From NCBI GenBank assembly GCA_963666285.1, contig OY762711.1: 64,000 nucleotides of DNA. One strand, given 5' to 3'. The notes below the pieces were generated by a model. The model saw only the letters and a program-made list of their open reading frames with translations. It was not told the DNA's origin and ran no database searches. The stretch comes from Sedimentisphaerales bacterium. Its GTDB lineage: Bacteria; Planctomycetota; Phycisphaerae; Sedimentisphaerales; SM23-30. A program made the position numbers and the translations under genes. Positions 60,382-64,000 of the stretch are shown in pieces (within the stretch, counting starts at the first letter, position 1; every line of letters starts with the position of its first letter).

Positions 60382-62553
60382 ATGAAAGTGTCTAGTTACC
60401 ACCTTTGTATCGCATTGTTATTGTTAAGTTTATGTGTTGTTAGCTGTGCTGTTGAACCAGAGGGGGGAGATTCTCAGGCTCAAGGTGAAGCAATACTGAA
60501 ATCGATGGGAGAAGTAAATCAATATTGGCTAAAAGGTCCTGCAGAGGAAGTTAAGAATTATTCTTATGAATTTAAGCTGGGTGATGGCGATCCCAAGGGG
60601 TTTAGTATAACCGATCCGCGTAAATCGAGTATGTCATTTCGGCAGGGTATTAGTTATTATTCCGTTCTGCACAAGCTGGCATCTGACCCTTCGGCGGCCA
60701 ATATAAATGTTATCGAAGAGAGTGATAAGATTATCAGGCTGGATTTTGCCTTAAAGAATTCGATGAAGTGTGGTACCGGCAATGGTCTCAGTGGTTCATG
60801 GATAGGGTATTTCAACCGCGGTATTGATACCGGCAGTATATGGCTGGATAAAGAAAAGATGGTGCCTGTGAAGGTTGTCGCTGGAATTGTCGAAGAAGAA
60901 TTTTCCGATTATGTGAAAGTTGATCAGTCTCATTATGTTCCGCTGGCAATGAAGATCGATAAGGAAGAGATTCATTTTAGCTGGAAGTTTGCATTTTATG
61001 AGCCGGGCTTATGGCTTTTTGATATGTCGCATTATCAATATGGTGATGGTGAGAATAGGTTAGTCGCTTCTATTAGTAATGTCAGAATTAATAATATGGA
61101 TAGTAATCAGAATGAATTGCCCGTAGTGCCTGTTGCCCAATCCGGTGAATCCAGGACTTTGAAAAAGATATTTTCTGAGGGCCGGGAAAAAATGGATATT
61201 GTAATACAGGCTAATAAATGCTGGCTGCTGCCGTCACTTCAAGCTCGTAAAGGGCTTATCTATCAATACACCCAGGAAGAGCCATATCGTGAGATGATTC
61301 TTTTTGATGAACAGGGAAATATTATGGCTCAACTGGAAAGCAGTAAAGACAGTCTTGACAAACCGACCAGGCAGAGTTTTTATCTTTGCGACGGAACATC
61401 CGGCAGGTGCGACTATGACGATAAATATCTGAAGCCGGTTCAAATATATAATGAATCACATGGTGACGGCAAATCGCTGGTGCAAAAAGATCGTAATGTG
61501 AAAAATCTGGCAACTGGTTTGAACTTTGATTGTGCTGTTAGCATAATGGCTCGCAGGCCTGAGATATTTAATGCAAAATATGAGGTAATTGATGACCAGA
61601 CTTATCGATTGATTTTGACTACCTCGAGCAGGGATGCGAAACTCTTTACCGGTACGATGTTAGCCTTTACTTCCTGGGCGTATATGCATGATGTTAAATT
61701 TTCGAAAAGTGAAATTGTCTGCGAAGCAGACAGTCACAAAGTGTTAACAGAAAAAGATTATAACGCAGGCGGCGATCTCGTCGGCAGTTATATATTTTCT
61801 GATTATCTTACAAGTTCCGCTTGTCAGGCGCCTGGCAAAATACAGGCAGTTATTCCTCATGAAGAAGAAGGTCAGGACCATTCACTTGAAATGCAGGCCG
61901 AGTTTGAGTTTGTTCGTCCCGGGGTTTGGCTGCTGGATAATTGCCTAAGTAAGTTTCGCGGTCAGGATGGCGGCTCTGTAGGACAGGTAGAGGTTCTCCC
62001 GGTATCAGACCAAAGTTATGAACCGATAGAATATTTGTTAAACCGCCAGCAGGAGAGCAACCGGTTAATGAGAAGAATATGCCGGGCAAGTGACGATAGG
62101 GTAACTGTTTCGCTGGATAGTAGTAATATGCTTCCTCTTTATGTCAGGGCAAAGTGGGGAGATGGTGTAAAAGATCAACTTCAAAGGAAGGCAGCTAATG
62201 CCGGTGAATATGATAAACCGGTAGTCTGTGTTTTGCCATCTGAGTATTGCACGGATGAAACTAATGGCCTGCAGATATGCCTGAATGTATTTTCAAATAC
62301 ATATTGGGAAGAATATAAAACTGAATTTTTCGTTGAGCTGCTTGACTCTTCCGGTAATACTTTAGCTACTTCAACGGCATTTAAAAATATTCGGGCAGAG
62401 GGCACACCGTCTGCCACAATTGTACCTGTTGAGTTTGCCGAAGTTCAGGGTTTAGCCGGACTCGACAGTATTGCTGTTTCTGCTGCTATCAATAAAATGA
62501 CTGGGGCATATCATGGCCATGGGATATGGATGACTTTTATGGATCCAAATTGA
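60382..62553 (+). CDS. Hypothetical large lipoprotein with apparent internal duplication
   Basis: Lipobox VVSC; RBS GGAG; paired motifs in the two halves. Confidence 0.75.
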   Translation: MKVSSYHLCIALLLLSLCVVSCAVEPEGGDSQAQGEAILKSMGEVNQYWLKGPAEEVKNYSYEFKLGDGDPKGFSITDPRKSSMSFRQGISYYSVLHKLASDPSAANINVIEESDKIIRLDFALKNSMKCGTGNGLSGSWIGYFNRGIDTGSIWLDKEKMVPVKVVAGIVEEEFSDYVKVDQSHYVPLAMKIDKEEIHFSWKFAFYEPGLWLFDMSHYQYGDGENRLVASISNVRINNMDSNQNELPVVPVAQSGESRTLKKIFSEGREKMDIVIQANKCWLLPSLQARKGLIYQYTQEEPYREMILFDEQGNIMAQLESSKDSLDKPTRQSFYLCDGTSGRCDYDDKYLKPVQIYNESHGDGKSLVQKDRNVKNLATGLNFDCAVSIMARRPEIFNAKYEVIDDQTYRLILTTSSRDAKLFTGTMLAFTSWAYMHDVKFSKSEIVCEADSHKVLTEKDYNAGGDLVGSYIFSDYLTSSACQAPGKIQAVIPHEEEGQDHSLEMQAEFEFVRPGVWLLDNCLSKFRGQDGGSVGQVEVLPVSDQSYEPIEYLLNRQQESNRLMRRICRASDDRVTVSLDSSNMLPLYVRAKWGDGVKDQLQRKAANAGEYDKPVVCVLPSEYCTDETNGLQICLNVFSNTYWEEYKTEFFVELLDSSGNTLATSTAFKNIRAEGTPSATIVPVEFAEVQGLAGLDSIAVSAAINKMTGAYHGHGIWMTFMDPN

Positions 62554-62606
62554 ATAACTGGATAAGCTGTGACATCTGCCTTTGACAGCCATATTATTTT
62601 AAAATT

Positions 62607-62643
62607 AAAAAAACCGCCGGCAATTAATTGCTGACGGTTTTTT
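62607..62643. terminator. Bidirectional intrinsic terminator
   Basis: A7-CCGCCGGCAA-TTAA-TTGCTGACGG-T6 between convergent genes. Confidence 0.8.
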
Positions 62644-62704
62644 AGTAGAGAAACATTGGTATATTCTAAACTAATAACTTATAGATAATGAACTCGGCTA
62701 ATTG

Positions 62705-63826
62705 TTATTTAGCTTTTTTACGTGTGCTTTTTTTCTTAGCTGCGGTTTCAACTATTTCAGTTTCAACTGATTCATCAATCTCATCTTCAATAGATTCTAT
62801 TTCGGCATCATCGGCCGGGATAATTTCGTGAGCTACCAGTACCTTATGCTTAATCTCTTCAAATATATCTGGGTTTTCCTTAAGGAAGTCCTTGGTTCTT
62901 TCTCTGCCCTGACCGACAGTTTCGCCATTATATTTAATAAACGCACCGCTCTTTTGCATGATGTTTTCATTAACTGCAAGATCAATCAGGTCACCCTGGC
63001 GGCTGATACCTTCGTTAAACATAATATCAAATTCGCACACTCTAAATGGAGGAGCGATTTTATTTTTGGCTACTTTCACACGGACATGGTTACCGATAGC
63101 CTGGTCGCCTTCTTTCATTGTACTCACGCGACGGATGTCCAGACGTACCGAACTGTAGAATTTCAAGGCACGACCGCCCGGAGTAGTTTCTGGGCTGCCG
63201 AACATAACACCCACTTTTTCACGAATTTGGTTGATAAATATCAGGCATGTTTTGCTCTGGTTGATAACGGCAGTCAGTTTTCTCATTGCCTGGCTCATTA
63301 AGCGTGCCTGCAATCCGACATGAGAGTCGCCAATTTCTCCGTTTAGCTCTGCTTCAGGCGTGAGTGCCGCAACTGAGTCAACAACGATAATATCCACGGC
63401 ATTACTTTTTACCAGCATCTCGACAATACCCAATGCCTGCTCGCCGCTGCTCGGCTGAGAGACCAGCAAAGATTCCAGGTTTACACCCAGTTTTTTGGCC
63501 CAGGTTGGGTCCAATGCATGCTCGGCATCAACAAAAGCAGCTACACCGCCCAGCTTTTGTGCTTCGGCTATTGTATGCAGTGCCAGGGTAGTTTTACCAC
63601 TGGATTCCGGTCCATACATTTCGATAATTCGTCCGCGGGGTACTCCCTTACCGCCCAGTGCCAGGTCCAGTGATAGTGCCCCGGTGCTGATACAGTCCAC
63701 GCTGACACATTTATCATTGTCCAGGTGCATGATAGTACCTTCGCCAAACTGTTTTTCAATTTGACTTAACGCATTTTCCAGCGGATTGCCGCTTGTTGGT
63801 GCAGCTTTTTTGCTTGCCTTCGCCAT
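62705..63826 (-). CDS. recA: Recombinase RecA
   Basis: [26 protein letters not shown] and GGRALKFY motifs. Confidence 0.98.
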   Translation of the reverse strand: MAKASKKAAPTSGNPLENALSQIEKQFGEGTIMHLDNDKCVSVDCISTGALSLDLALGGKGVPRGRIIEMYGPESSGKTTLALHTIAEAQKLGGVAAFVDAEHALDPTWAKKLGVNLESLLVSQPSSGEQALGIVEMLVKSNAVDIIVVDSVAALTPEAELNGEIGDSHVGLQARLMSQAMRKLTAVINQSKTCLIFINQIREKVGVMFGSPETTPGGRALKFYSSVRLDIRRVSTMKEGDQAIGNHVRVKVAKNKIAPPFRVCEFDIMFNEGISRQGDLIDLAVNENIMQKSGAFIKYNGETVGQGRERTKDFLKENPDIFEEIKHKVLVAHEIIPADDAEIESIEDEIDESVETEIVETAAKKKSTRKKAK

Positions 63827-63917
63827 AATAATCTCCTTAAAGTTCTGTAATTTAAGGGTTTACCCTTGTTTCTCACTAAAATAATATGGAATCGATTTCA
63901 ATTTTGAATATTCTTTT

Positions 63918-63977
63918 CCTAACCACCTGTTAGGTGTTTGTTAGGTAGAGTATATATCGACCCTGATGCCTTTGCAA
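63918..63977 (-). promoter_or_regulatory. recA promoter with repeat-based operator candidate
   Basis: - strand TTGCAA-N17-TATACT (63977-63949); three CCTAAC half-sites immediately downstream. Confidence 0.55.
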
Positions 63978-64000
63978 CATTAAATTTATAGCTAAAATTT

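Noticed and set aside
55..63764. Numerous 60-160-aa antisense or off-frame ORFs in the track
   Set aside because: Nearly all are nested within well-supported genes and are shadow ORFs.

Overview
A 64-kb chromosomal window from a moderately AT-rich bacterium. The gene content (VPAPGA-type sorting tails, a dockerin-like tail, a giant BlaI/BlaR1-M56 pair, a UDPGP-type-1 pyrophosphorylase) suggests a planctomycete, probably Phycisphaerae/Sedimentisphaerales; this is an inference. Most of the window is housekeeping and carbohydrate metabolism: a glycosyltransferase cluster, flagellin, ktrBA/trk, GH127, pdxA, a PAS histidine kinase, a B12 radical SAM enzyme, two sigma54-driven alpha/beta hydrolases, an AGE epimerase, folD, ispH, holA, GH57+GT4, aconitase, GH97, msrAB, mgtE, coaE, rho and recA. 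I found no rRNA, tRNA, CRISPR array, integrase or transposase. The most interesting signals are: (i) a stand-alone flagellin gene between a ~550-nt densely base-paired, GGA-rich 5' leader that starts right after a sigma28-like promoter and a ~290-nt structured 3' trailer; (ii) a 1.3-kb non-coding, strongly C-skewed mosaic of REP-like hairpins and 7-bp tandem repeats, with related small copies at two other sites; (iii) a 2286-aa mosaic BlaR1-type sensor with three copies of an unnamed ~240-aa domain and a double BlaI operator; (iv) a Rho with an Asn-rich prion-like insert; (v) a candidate non-canonical operator over the recA promoter. All structures were paired by eye; no folding or database search was run.
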